NCBI RefSeq assembly: GCF_006345805.1
Contig: NC_043013.1
Span: 13,392,001-13,456,000, forward strand
Direction: 5' to 3'
From: Octopus sinensis
Lineage: Eukaryota
Length of the DNA stretch: 64,000 nt
In this document: positions 42,904-55,989 of the stretch, one piece after another
Layout: the number at the start of each line of letters is the position of its first letter
Numbering within the stretch: position 1 is the first letter of the stretch
The notes under the pieces: model-generated
What the model saw: the letters and a program-made list of their open reading frames with translations, nothing else
The model's database searches: none
Told to the model about the DNA's origin: nothing
Translations under genes and position numbers: made by a program

Positions 42904-42998
42904 CCATGCTTGATTAATTTATATTTACCATTTCTATCAATAAATTTCAGTGTTATTTCATAAGAATAAGTCATGATACCTACTGCTTGATCTGATCC
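42904..42998 (-). CDS. TRPM: TRPM module A exon: GSDQAVGIMTYSYEITLKFIDRN(GKYKLIKHG); 3' end uncertain
   Basis: ccaatttaag|GGA TCA GAT CAA; phase 0; equivalent of the GSGRAADILAxAY exon. Phase-2 donors compatible with the next exon lie at 42904 (CATGG|gtttaa) or 42874 (CTCAG|gttgta). The stronger donor at 42929 (AATG|gtaaat) is phase 1 and would need an unseen micro-exon. Confidence 0.7.
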
Positions 42999-43904
42999 CT
43001 TAAATTGGATGGAAAAAGAAACAGACAAATCCAGACAGTTCTGAACTGGATCCACTATCTTTCCCCAGCAAATATGGAACATTGGGTTAACATAAGAAAT
43101 CAATATTATGATTATTAGCAGTGTCATGTCATACTGCCTTAAATTTGAGTCTTTAGTAATAGAAATCTGACAAGTTCCAATCAAAGGTATGAATACCAGC
43201 TCTAAAATCAAACTATCAACTTTAGTAATAGGTGAGTTGCAAGCCAACGAGGGAGTAATTTACCTTGTCACTCAATTTGTTAAAAATATGACCTAAATCT
43301 CTCCCAAATCATACCCTAAATATAGACAGACACAGTGGAATAATAAAGTCTCGTTTTGTTCATACACCTGTTTTATCGGGATTAAAAGGTGTTCAACAAT
43401 AACATATCTAATAGCAATAGAATCAGAAATGACAACAAATGCAATAATAAAACTATCATACTATCAAATAAAAACATACCCATCATCTTCGTCTACATTT
43501 TCAAATTCTGTTTGGTTAGCAAATGCCATAAAGTCTGCTGCTGGACCACATCCCTGATAATAAAAAGAAAAAAATTCAAGAATTAAAACTAAATCTGCAA
43601 ATAAGAAGCAATCTAAGAATGAACAAATATTTTGAAAATTCCTTTAAAATACACATACAATCCAATAAAGATGTCTCCCTGTTGAGGAGACAAGAGCAAA
43701 GTAGATAGAGTCAACTGTTGTTCTGGTCTGAGACTGAACCGAATTGTTCTGGAACTAATTCTTTAGAGCTGAGTTGTGACAATATAAAATGTAACTATCT
43801 ACATAGAAACATAACAAATGTCAACAATGGGTTTGAACTCATAACCCCTGGATGTTAACCACTTTACCATCTTCTCTCTCTCTTTCTCTCTCCCCTTCTA
43901 TCTA

Positions 43905-43944
<40 letters not shown>

Positions 43945-45988
43945 ATTCATTAGGATTATGATCAAGATTGGTTGTGTAAATGCGCGTGGCTTGGGGTACC
44001 CTTGGAAACAAGGGTACCTCTTAAATGACGTAAAGTCACACAAGTTAGAAATCATAGCCATAAGTGAGACCAGACTCCACAATCCGCGGGCCCTAAAGAC
44101 CATGTTTGGCGGACAGTTCAACATTTATTTCCCCCCCCCTGTCTGCCAAGAATGGGAGGCAGTGGCACCGAGGTACATTTTCGCAAGAGTCTGGATCTCA
44201 AAGTAAAGAATATTCGTAGAGCCGGAGGGTAGACTAGTCGTCCTGGATGTCGACGGCAGCAATGGGTGCGCTTTACGACTCGTATCAGTCTACGCACCGC
44301 CCTTAACAGGTCGGGCGGATTTCTTTCAACGTCTAGAAGTATTCTTGGGAACGTCTCGTCCTTTACTCTTAGTGGGGGATTAGAATGCTACCTTGGACAC
44401 GCATGTAGACTACGTGGGCAGAGATAGGAATAGACGGGGATGCAAATGCCTCAGAGACCTGCTCAGACACTTTCAACTGTCTGACAGGTTCCGACTAGAC
44501 CACCTGAATGCGCCAACATGGACATGGAGCAACCGCATCGGGTCGTCGAGATCGTATCTAGATAGGTTACTGTGTAGGACAGTAGATAGAGATAGCATAG
44601 GATGTCCACAATTTCACATAGTCAGCTACACGGATCACAAACTTGTGACATGTACGCTAGATTTAGGTAAGACACATAGGCAGGGTCCCGGATACTGGAA
44701 ACTAAACGCGTCTTTCCCTTCGAGACAGGTTTTCAGAGACCGGATTAGCACACTGGTAAAGAGGGCTTTGACGGGAGCCATCATCAACAACAAATGGTGG
44801 TTTGCCCTCAATAGAGCAGTAAAATCAGAAGCGATTAGGTACAGCAAAGCACTAGCCATAGATAGAAATAGAGTAGAGGGTGAGCTAGTTAAGAAGCTAG
44901 AAGGGGCAATTAGAAGCGGCATCGCATCCGACGTTTTGGCGGTGAGGTTGGCCCTCGACCAACACTTCAACGCCAAACACGAAGGGTGTGTTGTCAGAGC
45001 TAGGATGCGTGCTCTAAGGAACGAAAGTGTTGGAGCCGCGAGAGAGGCCAGGGTGGCAGAGGCGCAACAGGGCAACAAAGTCACCATTCGGTCTCTGGTA
45101 GATGAACAGGGGCGCGAATTGCTCGAGCCAAGTAAAATGTGTGAGGTGTTTCAACAGCATTTTGCCCAACTGTTCGGGACGAGTCGCGGGCAAGAACGTA
45201 GGGTGGACTTCAGTGCCTACCTACACAACCTACCACGACTCTCGACAAGAAAGGCAGGGCGCTACGAAGGTGCCATCACGGCGGCGGAAGTGCAGGACGC
45301 GATGGCAGAATGCTCGAGGGACAAATCGCCGGGTCTGGATGGTCTACCCTACGAGTTTTACAGTTGTATGCCAGACTTGTTTGGAGACGTCTTGGCAGCG
45401 GTGTACTGCAACTGGCAGCAAAACGGGAGCATTCCTGGTTTTGTGAGCCGAGGAGCCGTAACACTGCTCAAGAAAGATCTAAACAAGGGGAATGTAATAG
45501 ATAACTTTAGGTTCATCACCTGCTTAATGCAGACTTGAACATTTTGGCCAAGGTGTTAGCCAAGCGGTTGGCGCTTGTCATCGAGAAACTGGTCGACAAA
45601 GCGAAAATGTGCGCCGTGCCGGGCCGGAGCATCCATGACAACCTCCACCTGATGCACTACATCATAGACAAGGTAGTTAAGGAACCTGGCATGGGTGGGG
45701 CACGGATCAATTTGGATCAATCGAAAGCTTTCGATAGGGTAGACCATCGATACTTGGAGGCTGTCCTCAGAGCGGCTGGTTTCGGTCCCGTCTTCCGCGG
45801 CTGGATAGCCGCTTTGTACAGAGGCATCCGTTCAGTAATTCGCATAAATGGACATCTATCGAGACCTTTCGACATCGCACGTTCGGTCCGTCAGGGATGC
45901 CCCCTCTCGTCGATTCTATACGTATTGACTCTCGAGCCATTATTGCGGAAGCTGGCAACTCTGAAGGGCATCCCGCGAGAACTGGGAT

Positions 45989-46028
<40 letters not shown>

Positions 46029-48880
46029 ATTTGGCTCAAAAGCAAATAGCAAGGCCATGTAGGGGGACATGGAGTTAAGTACAGGGTGGTGTTCATGTAA
46101 AGAGTTCAGGCCACTTGAGGTCAAGGGAGGCTTTGAACAAAGCGGTCGTCGGCATCTTCACCATCTCGTCTGGCATCTCGGATCCGCAACCTGGACGGAG
46201 AATGCTCCTCTCCTTCGATTGAGATGAAATTCGTCGCAGGTAGAGCTTTTCGGAATGACCCCGCAGCCGATGCTCTGGAGCAGGAGTGAAGAACAGCTCT
46301 TTCGAGAGGTTACACTTTCCGCTTATGATGTTGTGGGCGAGAATGAGATCACCACGGCGGCGGCGTTTTTCTAGAGAATAAAGGTCGAGCGTCCTCAGCC
46401 TTTCTTCATAGGACAAATCTTTGAGACCATGAACCATGCGGGTAGCCAGCTTCTGGACTCTTTCGAGATGCTGTATGTCTTTGAGGAGATAAGGAGAAGA
46501 GGCTTGAATCCCGTATTCCAATATGGGTCTCACCAGCGTGACATAGAGTGGTAGGAATATGGCTGCTGTGAGCATTCCGAATGACCGTCAAATCAAGAAC
46601 AGAATTCCGCGTGCTTTGTTGGCAGCATGGACGCACTGGGCCGAAGGCGAAAAGGAGGAATCCACCAAGATACCCAGGTCCTTTACCTGATCGGTCCTCT
46701 CCAGCAGCAGACGACCCGGCTCGAAATCAAGTTGAGTTGCAGGAGGAGAGCCAACAGGCAGATGACAGCACTTTGACACGTTCAGACACAGGTCCCATTT
46801 GTTAGACCACCTCCAAATTTGGTGGAGGCATCGACGAAGATCCTCTATATCACCGCGAGGAGCGACCAGTTTGACATCGTCGGCAAATAGAAGGGTGTGT
46901 TGCGTGAGGTCGTCGGGCAAGTCATTTATGAAGACTAAGAACAATAAGGGCCCAAGCACTGAACCTTGAGGCACGCCACTGCTCGCACTGGAGACGTCGG
47001 ACCGCGAACCATTAACTTGGACTTGGAAGGAGCGATCTGAGAGGAAGGCACCAACCCATCGTACAATATCCGGATGGAAGCTATATGCTTGAAGCTTGAC
47101 AAGTAATAGGCGGTGGTAATAGGACAAGTAATAGGATGTGAGACGAGCGTGTCTGCATACGCGGACTACGTCACCGTCATAGTGTCTAGCCACGAGCACA
47201 TCTAGCAGGTCGGCGAGACACTGAAAAACTACGAAGCGGTGACAGGAGCGAAAATCAACCGGGAAAAATCAGTGGACTTGCGACTCGGCACCTGGAGAAG
47301 AAAGCCCATGCCGTCCACCAGCGCCTCCGTCGTGGGACGCTGGACCGACGGTCCAGTCGAGTTGCTCGGGGTCTGGTTTGGTCCGGACCTCCAAATGGGG
47401 AAGAACTGGAACGAGATAACGAGTAGGGTGGTCACTCTCGCCCAGCAATGGGCCGAAAGGAAACTGTCCCTAAAAGGTCGGGCGGAGGTGGCGAACTCGT
47501 ACATCACGTCCGTCATCTACTACCGCCTGACCGTCGTGCCTTGTCCCGACTCTATTACCACCAAACTAGAACGCATTCTCTTTCGCTTCTTGTGGAAAGG
47601 ATGCGTCCCGATGGTCAGGCGATCCATTTGCTGTCAACCCCCGTTAAAAGGAGGACCGGGCATGCCGTAGTTGATGATGCGCAGACACGCGCTGAGACTG
47701 CGACGCCTCAGGCTCTACGTAGACGACGGTGAACAGGTGTGGTCGCCGTTTGTGAGGCACGCTTTCCCGCAACTCGTCTCCATGACCGAACTGCAGTCGT
47801 GGATCAAAAAAGGCCGAGGAAGGGCAAATGGCACCGCGAGTGTCCCGTTGCTCTCAAGCAACTCTGCCGTCCCGGGTCGAACTTGAGTGACTCCAACACA
47901 ACCCAAGCATTCTATAGGGGAATAGTGGAGAGGAGGTACGACGACGAGCTCGGGGCGAACCTGGACGCCGCTTGTTCGGGACGACTTTCGGGCCAGGGCC
48001 CATGGACAACTTCCTGGCAGTGCTACCCGTTCGGGATAAGCTCTACAGACACGGCTCGAGAAACACGGGGCCGACCTGCCCGAGATGCGGTCAGAGCGAC
48101 GAAACCGTTCTGCACGCACTCATGCAGTGTCCAAAAATTTCTGACCTGTGGGCTTATGTCGAACAACTGCTGTCACGTGTGGGACGAGTCGGTTTATCAG
48201 CTGAGTCTATCGTCAATATTGTCACGCCTCCTTCCTTCAAACGAGAAGGAAGAGCTATTTTCATCATCATTGTGGCTATGGCGAAAGAATGTATCTGGTG
48301 GACGCGTCTGAAAGGTTTGGAGACAAACACTTTCGTCTCTGGTCAATCTCTCATCAACTTCTTCAAGTATCACTCGAAACGGAAAGTGAGAGTAGAGAGG
48401 CAAGTTTTGTCTAGCGAATGTTTTAAAAAAAAATGGGTGAATGTAACAAGGATGGCACGTATGAATGACGAAACCACCTTGAGCATAATCCTATGAACCC
48501 AGAAATTGAAAACAGAGGGTTACCCACTTGCAAACAAATCTGGTAACATGTAACAATGTTGACGGAGGTTATCGTGGTCTTTTCCGTAGGTTTTTCTTCC
48601 CACGGATAAACCTTATGTGCTTCCCCCTTTCCACCGTACATCATGATACTGTGATACACGATCCCTATTGATCGTTTTTTTCTTTTCTCCCTTTTTTCCT
48701 TTCTTTTTTCCTCTTTTTTCTCTTCTTTTGTTTATTTTCCTTGTTTTTCTTCTTTCCTTTTACGATCCCTTTTCATTGAAAACCTACCCCACCTTTTTTA
48801 TCTCTCTAAAAAAAAGAAAAGCTCTACTTTGTAATCTGTCCCGTCTGTGTGCAGCCCTGTGTGGCTAATAAAGAAACACA
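43945..48880 (+). mobile_element. Tx1/L1-clade LINE, near-complete ORF2 (APE-RT-zinc finger) with a few stops and frameshifts
   Basis: MIKIGCVNARGL...IIAISETRL; SRSYLDR..SYTDHKLV; GPGYWKLNAS; KSPGLDGLPYEFY; INLDQSKAFDRVDH; SVRQGCPLS; SAYADYV; CPRCGQSDETVLHAL. 3' end aataaagaaaca(catc)n. Confidence 0.93.
45991..47133 (-). mobile_element. CR1/L2 LINE 3' fragment nested in the Tx1 element
   Basis: SGVPQGSVLGPLLFLVFINDL...FADDVKL; LYVTLVRPILEYG...LERVQKLATR. (ctaa)n tail at 45991-46027. TSD ggatgt at 45985-45990 and 47134-47139. Confidence 0.93.
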
Positions 48881-48885
48881 TCCAT

Positions 48886-48996
48886 CCATCCATCCATCCA
48901 TCCATCCATCCATTCATCCATCCATCCATCCATCCATCCATCCATCCATCCATCCATCCATCCATCCATTCATTCATTCATTCATTCATTCATTCA
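48886..48996. repeat. (CATC)n/(CATT)n microsatellite
   Basis: Read directly from sequence. Confidence 0.95.
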
Positions 48997-49844
48997 AAGA
49001 GGTAAAAGTCTCTAGTTAACATCAAATTTCAATCCAAATAAGTTGTTGTAAACTCCTCCTGTGTTGCTGTTATTAGTTTGTGGTTGTTTCACTAATCTGA
49101 GGACTGTAATGTGCAATCTGACCTGCAGAGCTTTGTAATACAGGTTTCAGAGTATCAGTTTGGATAGGTTGCATTTCTTCCATCGTTTCATTTCTGGGTT
49201 CCAGCAGAGTTTGATAATGACCTTACTTGGAGTGTGACTATTACAGTGCTTTAGGATATTCTTTAGGATATTGAGTACTGTAACTATAATATCCAATATG
49301 TCCTTACATTTTTAAGATGTGATTTAATGTAAATTTAGCTGCTCTTTCTTACAGGCTCACTTAATTATCAACTTTGTTATGATAAAAACAACTTAAATCC
49401 GTTTGTGGTTTTAATAAGAAATATTACTTTTATCGTATACAAATATGTTAATCCAAAGCTTATTATTCCTGCAATAGGTATGATTATAGTCATAGTTGTG
49501 AGCTTCTTAATCTTAGCTGGTCATGGTGTGTTGCCACTGTTGATGTCCATTGCTTTAGTGTTGTGACAGTGCTCTGGTCTGCTGCTAGTTTTGCTGCCTC
49601 CTGCTTACTTCTGAGTGCTGTGTACAGCCTGTTGTCTGTCCATGGTGGTTAAATCATAAGATTTAAGCAGTTGACTATAAAACCAGCAACCATGTAGATC
49701 ATTAAATAAAATATTGATATAAAATTCTACACCAGCAAAATACTCATGTAGTCCTATTAAGTTTTCCTAAGCACACGTTTCTTCAGATACATAAAAGATA
49801 TGAACTTCCAGTAATCCTTTTCACAGAATAGTCTGTTTACTGAC

Positions 49845-49957
49845 CTTTACTGTTATAACCGGGATGTTGTGTGATATTGAATCCAAGACTGATTTCATAG
49901 TTTCAAGTCCACCTCCGACCAGTACTACAACAGCTGGAATCTTGACATTTTCTTGCT
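49845..49957 (-). CDS. TRPM: TRPM module A exon: (E)QENVKIPAVVVLVGGGLETMKSVLDSISHNIPVITVK
   Basis: aattttag|AG...AAG|gtcagt; 113 nt, phase 1 to 0. Matches TRPM VPVVxLVVxGGxxT...PVVVV. Confidence 0.92.
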
Positions 49958-52900
49958 CTAAAATTGTGAGAGAAAATATGATATTTAAGATACAAGATAT
50001 ATTTGATTAACTTATAAAATATACCCGACTAAGATGCAACAAATACCTAATTAATATATGAAAAGTATACCAGATTAAATTTAAAATATATACCTTTTAA
50101 AGTATGAAGTATAATCTGATCAAGCTGTAAAGTTGTTGGGGAAAGATTCTGACCACACCCAAGTGACTAAAGGTGGACTGTCTCATTGTTATAAAACAAA
50201 GAACTGTGTGAGATTGGCAGTTCATGTTGGTAAGCAGTTCACTGTGAACCTTTTAATACTGAGCATTGGGTATCTTGTAATAGTAATGCATCAGGTATAT
50301 ACTTTCTTCCTCACTGCTTTGTTATATCATATATCCATTGCAAGGATATAAAAAAGCATACCTGATTAAGGTACAAAACATACCTGATTAAGGTAAAAAT
50401 AAATGGTATAAGTTCTAAAATATACCTGATTTAGGTATAAAATGTAACCTCACTTAGGTCTAGAATATTAGGGTAGGAAATATATTTGACTAATGTATAA
50501 AACATGACTTGTCTGGAGTATAAAATTTAGCATGAGTTAAGCACGTTGTGTTTTTAGAAACATGCATCCATATTATCATCATCATTTTCATCAACTACAA
50601 AAATAACAACATCCTCATCATCATCATTTAACCCCTTCCCTCCATATTGGCATGGGCTGGTTGGTTTGAGATGGTTAGCCAGAAGACCATGCCAAGCTCT
50701 GCCATTTCTTTCAACAAGGTTACAGCTGGAGCTCTTCTTAACACCAACCATTTTACAGAGTTTACTAGGTGCTTTTATGTGGTACTAACACTGGTGAGGG
50801 GACCAAGTGAGTTGTAAAACAAGACCCCTTAACTGAAGGAGAAATTAGTATTGAGGGAGGTGGCTTTGTGCCAGGTGATGAGAAGTTAGAGTATGAATAA
50901 GGGGACAGAAGCAGGTATGTTGCAGTAGAGAAGATGCATGGCTGCCCCAGGTGGAAACAGAGAGAGAAGAGGGTGATGAAGATGTGTTGGGGCATTCCCT
51001 CAGAGAGAAAGGTGTGAATATGGTAAGTGGTACAGAGGATTGGGTAAGGTGAGTGGGTAGGAAAATTCATGAGTGTGAAAGGTGAGATGGAGGGGATTGC
51101 AGTGAGAGGTGAACATGGGTGGAGGGAGGGGCATAAGAAGATATGTCTGTGGGGAGAGATTCATCAGAGACATGGATTGTGTGCAGGTGTACAGACATAG
51201 GCAATATGTCTTTAGGGTCTCAATTTTACTTGGATGGACATGTCTCCTGAAGCCCAAATCATCAATCATCTCAGTTCTTTGTCACCTCACCTGTAAAGCA
51301 CAAAATGTGAGGGTAATTTTTCCCCACTTTGACCCAGGTCTTCCTAGGTCTTTCTCTTTCTCAGGTTCTGTCCACCTTGATATGTATATATTTTACAAAG
51401 ACATACACATGTTAATTAACATTAATTTCCACTGGAATTAATTGAATTTGCTTTATATATTACATAACAACTACCTCATCTCTCACAAAAATATTACTAC
51501 ACTAAGCTAATACTCTTTCACTAATACAAAGTGTATATATTTCATTGTTTTTGTTGTTTTTTTTTTGTATTTGGTTTGCAAGATTCTTTATGTGAATTCT
51601 TGTGTTGAAGCAAATTTTATTGTGTCTGGAGAGATTCATTCTCTTTTAGTGCCTTATCAATTTACACACTCACCAGCCCAATTTCCATTCATTTATTTAT
51701 TTAGTTTTACTCAAATTTTCATTGTGTCTTGCAATCATTTCAATAGCCATTGACTCTCCGACTACTGAAAAGGTGCAACGAAAATTTTAGTATAAATAAA
51801 TTATCGGAAATTGGACTGGTGAGTGTGTTAAATTAATAAAGTGCTAAAAGAGAATGACTCTCCCCAGATGCAATGAAATATATATAGTTAAATGCTAAAT
51901 CCATCTGTCAAATATTACAGACACAATAGACATACATAACTGTAATAAATATAAAACTGTACAGATATGTTAAAACAGAAAAGACAGAAATGCTTAAAAC
52001 TCAGGTGACAGCGTTCTTCACTGCTTTTTAACTTCCACATGCAGGTGTTAGCAACACAGATGCTTTATATAAATTCTATATAATCTCTATAATCTTTTTT
52101 ATTTCAACAGAATAATAAGGACATAATGCTCATAACAAAGAAACATTCTCCAACCACTTACCCCCTCTAGTCTTAAACTGCATACAACTAAATCCTTAAG
52201 GTCACCACACATTCTAAGCTTCTAAATTACTGAGTATCTCTCCTGGCAATCTCAAATCTATGATATATCAAACAAGTGTGTCAAGGTGTTGTCTTCCTTT
52301 TTTGAACCAGATCATACTTCAACTCTGTACAACTTTCTACAAAGTTCTTCATTGAGAAACCTTCAATTGATACAGTCCCCACAACAGGAAAGGGACTGCA
52401 CTTAAACATCAGAAATAACCTATATTACACAGAAATGAACACCAAGCATCTGGCTGGTCAAGATTCATTTACCAATACCCTCCTACTTCTGTCTGCAAAA
52501 GCTCTGTCTCCTGACTCTTATACATTTGCTGATAATTCAATGGTAATTATTTCTCTCATTAACAATTCTTTGTGTTCCCACTCATTTCCAAACTAACCAC
52601 TTTTCCAAATACTTCCTCCTCAATATGTTAATCTCTCAAAATCATATTCACACACATTACTCTTGTAACACTTATTCAAACTGGCATTAACTTGTAGCTG
52701 ATCAACCTGAACATTAGCCACATCTATCTTAAGCAATCAACAAATGTCATTAATTAATTGCTTCATCATTATAGAAAGCATATAAAAATACAACAAATAT
52801 ATATTTATCATATACTTGAGAAGTTATTGTTTCTATCATTTACTTCTCTTTCTTTTTTATATAACTATTGCCTGATCTCTGCTGCCAACACAACGCTCCC

Positions 52901-53639
52901 ATTTACTATTCTGCTTCTTCCTTCATCTCATTAAACGCTTTTCTACTTTCATCATTTTCCTTCCTTTTCTTTCTCATTCTTTCATTTCCCCTGCCAATCT
53001 AATATTATCAATACCTTTTTCACTTCTCTCTTACCTTTACTTTATCTCTCTTCTTCTAAAACCTATATAGAAAGGTAACAATTTAGTTTAAGACTCACTT
53101 AATGTAGAGCTTCTGCTAAATACGTTGCTATGTGCATCAACCCCTAATACTGACATATCAGGTGATTGAAATTTATTTATCGAACTGAAATTGTGCAAAT
53201 TTGAAATTATGGTAATTGATCATATGTAATCTTTCATTTTATAATTAATCTTCTTATTGTGTTTCTCTCATTAATGATGGGTGGCCATGGAAATGCACCA
53301 AAGACACTTTATCAGTAGAATATTCTGGATGTATCGCTTTCCATTGAATACTGAGGAAAGTTAATGAATTGAAAATGAATAGAGAGTGGAAATATGTAAA
53401 GTTCCACCTTTGTAATATCAATTTGTTGAAATACTTCTCTTGGTAGTGATTAATGAAATAGTACCAGGTGTGCTTGATTGGTGTCTGATTGGATAACTTT
53501 CAATGAGAAGGAATTTGAAGCCAAATTATTAGAATGTTTATGGTTTTATAAAAGCTGCATGAAGGAAACAGTACAAAAGTTATTTGACCAGTAAAGCTTC
53601 TGGAAACAAAAATATAATATTGACATATTAACAGCAGAG

Positions 53640-54540
53640 ATCAATGACTCCAAACTCACTGCTGACCAAAGGGCAGTGATTTCTGCTAGTTTTGACAAGG
53701 TTCATTTGCAAGGATCTGAAACGTGCTTCCTGGAAGTTAATGGCAGATCTTTAAAGGCATTCTTGTTTCAGTCTGTTGCTCAGTATATTAGCAAGAAGAA
53801 TTTGTTCTGTGGAACCTAACTTGTTAGGGAGTGACCAATGCATTATGTAGAATCAGATGGACAGTATCAGCTGAGGGAAATGGTAGATAGCCACTAACTC
53901 ATTTATACTTCTGAATGACACCATCATAGACAGTCCATTTTGACATTGCCTACTTCTACCTGTTCAAACACTACTGAAATATGATATTGTTGTTGTCTAC
54001 ACCTACTTGTTTTGTCACTGAGGTTTTGAAAGGGTTGGCTATATTCTATCTGGGTCCCCTTCTTTGATTTATCATTATGAATGGCCCTACAAGATTGCAC
54101 TCAGAGTCACTGGACCACACAAACCCTCCACCACAGCATGCAATGACTATCAACATAATGCTTCAGCAATCACAGCTGGTTTTTTCCTTTTGTTGTTGTT
54201 TCCACACTGCTTCCTGGGAGCTATACAGCAAATTCTGTTTTCAAACCCTTTTTAGACTTGATGCACCTGGGTGACACATTGCCATGAATTTCAAAATTTA
54301 GAGATGTACTTTAGAGATATCAAATGATTGCCATGGATTAATGTTTAATGAAAAACAAGTGAATTCTGGAGGCTCTGAGTAAATCAATGAAGGATAACAT
54401 GACAATATATCTCGAAAAAGGTAGAGCAGCCTTGTTGTTATCAAGTGGCTTCCATCAGACCCAACCAGTGATCCCAAAAAGGAAGAAGAATTAATGAAAT
54501 CTATGCCTGCCTTAATTTGGTATCACTTTAAAACAAAATT
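53640..54540 (+). mobile_element. Decayed Helitron helicase relic (paralog of 17040-17950)
   Basis: Colinear similarity, e.g. attctggaggctctg..taaatcaat and ccatcagacccaaccagtgatcccaaaa. Confidence 0.7.
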
Positions 54541-55399
54541 AAAATCTTTAAAGTGCTTAGAAACATGAGAGCTAATCTTTCAGGAGATCAACTGTCTCAT
54601 CTAATGGGAAACTGTAATAAAAATAAAACAAAATAGTAAAGCCAAAATTTAAAAAGGAAAATCATTGTTATCTGAAAAACAAGAAAAAGTTAGGGGGAAA
54701 ACACTGAGATTAAAAAAACATTTCTGACTGGAGGGAATAAGAACAGGGACATGATGAGAAGTAGCAAATAGATGAATCACTCAATTAGCCACATTAAGAG
54801 AAGGGACAAGAAGGGAAAGTTAGGGAGTTAGGGAGAAAAATGACAATGGGAGAAAAGAGATAAGGAAGTCATATCACAATGATAAAAGTGAGGTTGGAGT
54901 TTAGCTACCAAAACAGGACCAATAACGTCAGAAACATGCTTTAAAGTCAATGAAGGAGGGGATGAATAGCAACTGGGACACCGGCCCAAATGTGACGATA
55001 GCATCCTAGACAAAGTTTAACACAATATGTACAACAATGAGGAATACATTTGGAGAAAACATAATGATAGGAACAATAAAGAGAACAAAACTTCATAGAG
55101 AAAATCCAGACATGGTTCAAACTCATTGTGACTTTATTAGCAAAGCAGTGACACCACTGAGCCGGTCAACATTGGAATAAAAGAATCATTCAGTAAATGT
55201 TGATTGGATACCATAGAAAAATAGAATTGCTTAGGTCTTAAATATTAAAAATAATTTAACTAAAACCTATAAAAGATCGGTTCCATATTAAAGGGAGACA
55301 TTTGATATGATGTATGTGTCAATTTAACAAGGAATTCTCAATAATATTTCATCTCTGTTCTGTATGATATGTTTAGATTTCTCAGTAATAACAACTTAC

Positions 55400-55574
55400 C
55401 TGGGATTTTCTCTTGTGAAATAGTATGTTCTAACTTTTTTCTGAATTCAATTATTTCTCCAAAATTGTCTTTGGTACCATCATCAACAAGGATAAAATGT
55501 GAATGATTAGGATCCAATGCATACTTTTCTTCTTTAGAATTAGTTTGTATGGAATAGTCTGCAGGCCACGATCC
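55400..55574 (-). CDS. TRPM: TRPM module A exon: GSWPADYSIQTNSKEEKYALDPNHSHFILVDDGTKDNFGEIIEFRKKLEHTISQEKIP
   Basis: atttctag|GGA...CCAG|gtaagt; 175 nt, phase 0 to 1. Contains the hallmark LDPNHSHFILVDDGT. Confidence 0.95.
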
Positions 55575-55989
55575 CTAGAAATCAAATCAATATTTTAATT
55601 GTATTACATATTATAAAAACCATTGTCACATAAAAATATGTGTTTTGTTTGTTCTGATACAGAAAAATATACAGCTAAGAGAGATGGGGGGAGTAACAAA
55701 GAGCAGGGAAAAGTGGGAAAAAGAGAAAGAGAGAGATAGCTTTGGAAATAGGGAGAGAAAGTATCAGAATATGGATTGTGTTATACTGAATGTGTTAGGG
55801 AGATTTTAATGTTTACAGACATAAAAAAAGAACACTAATGAATTGGTATACAGATGCATAATGACACTCCATACACATAAACAACACACATAGACAGGCG
55901 AATACTGAAGCATAAAACAACAAACAAAATAACACACACCAGCTAAAACCGAGGAGGGAGAACCAATTGAAGAAATAACAAAAGTAGAA

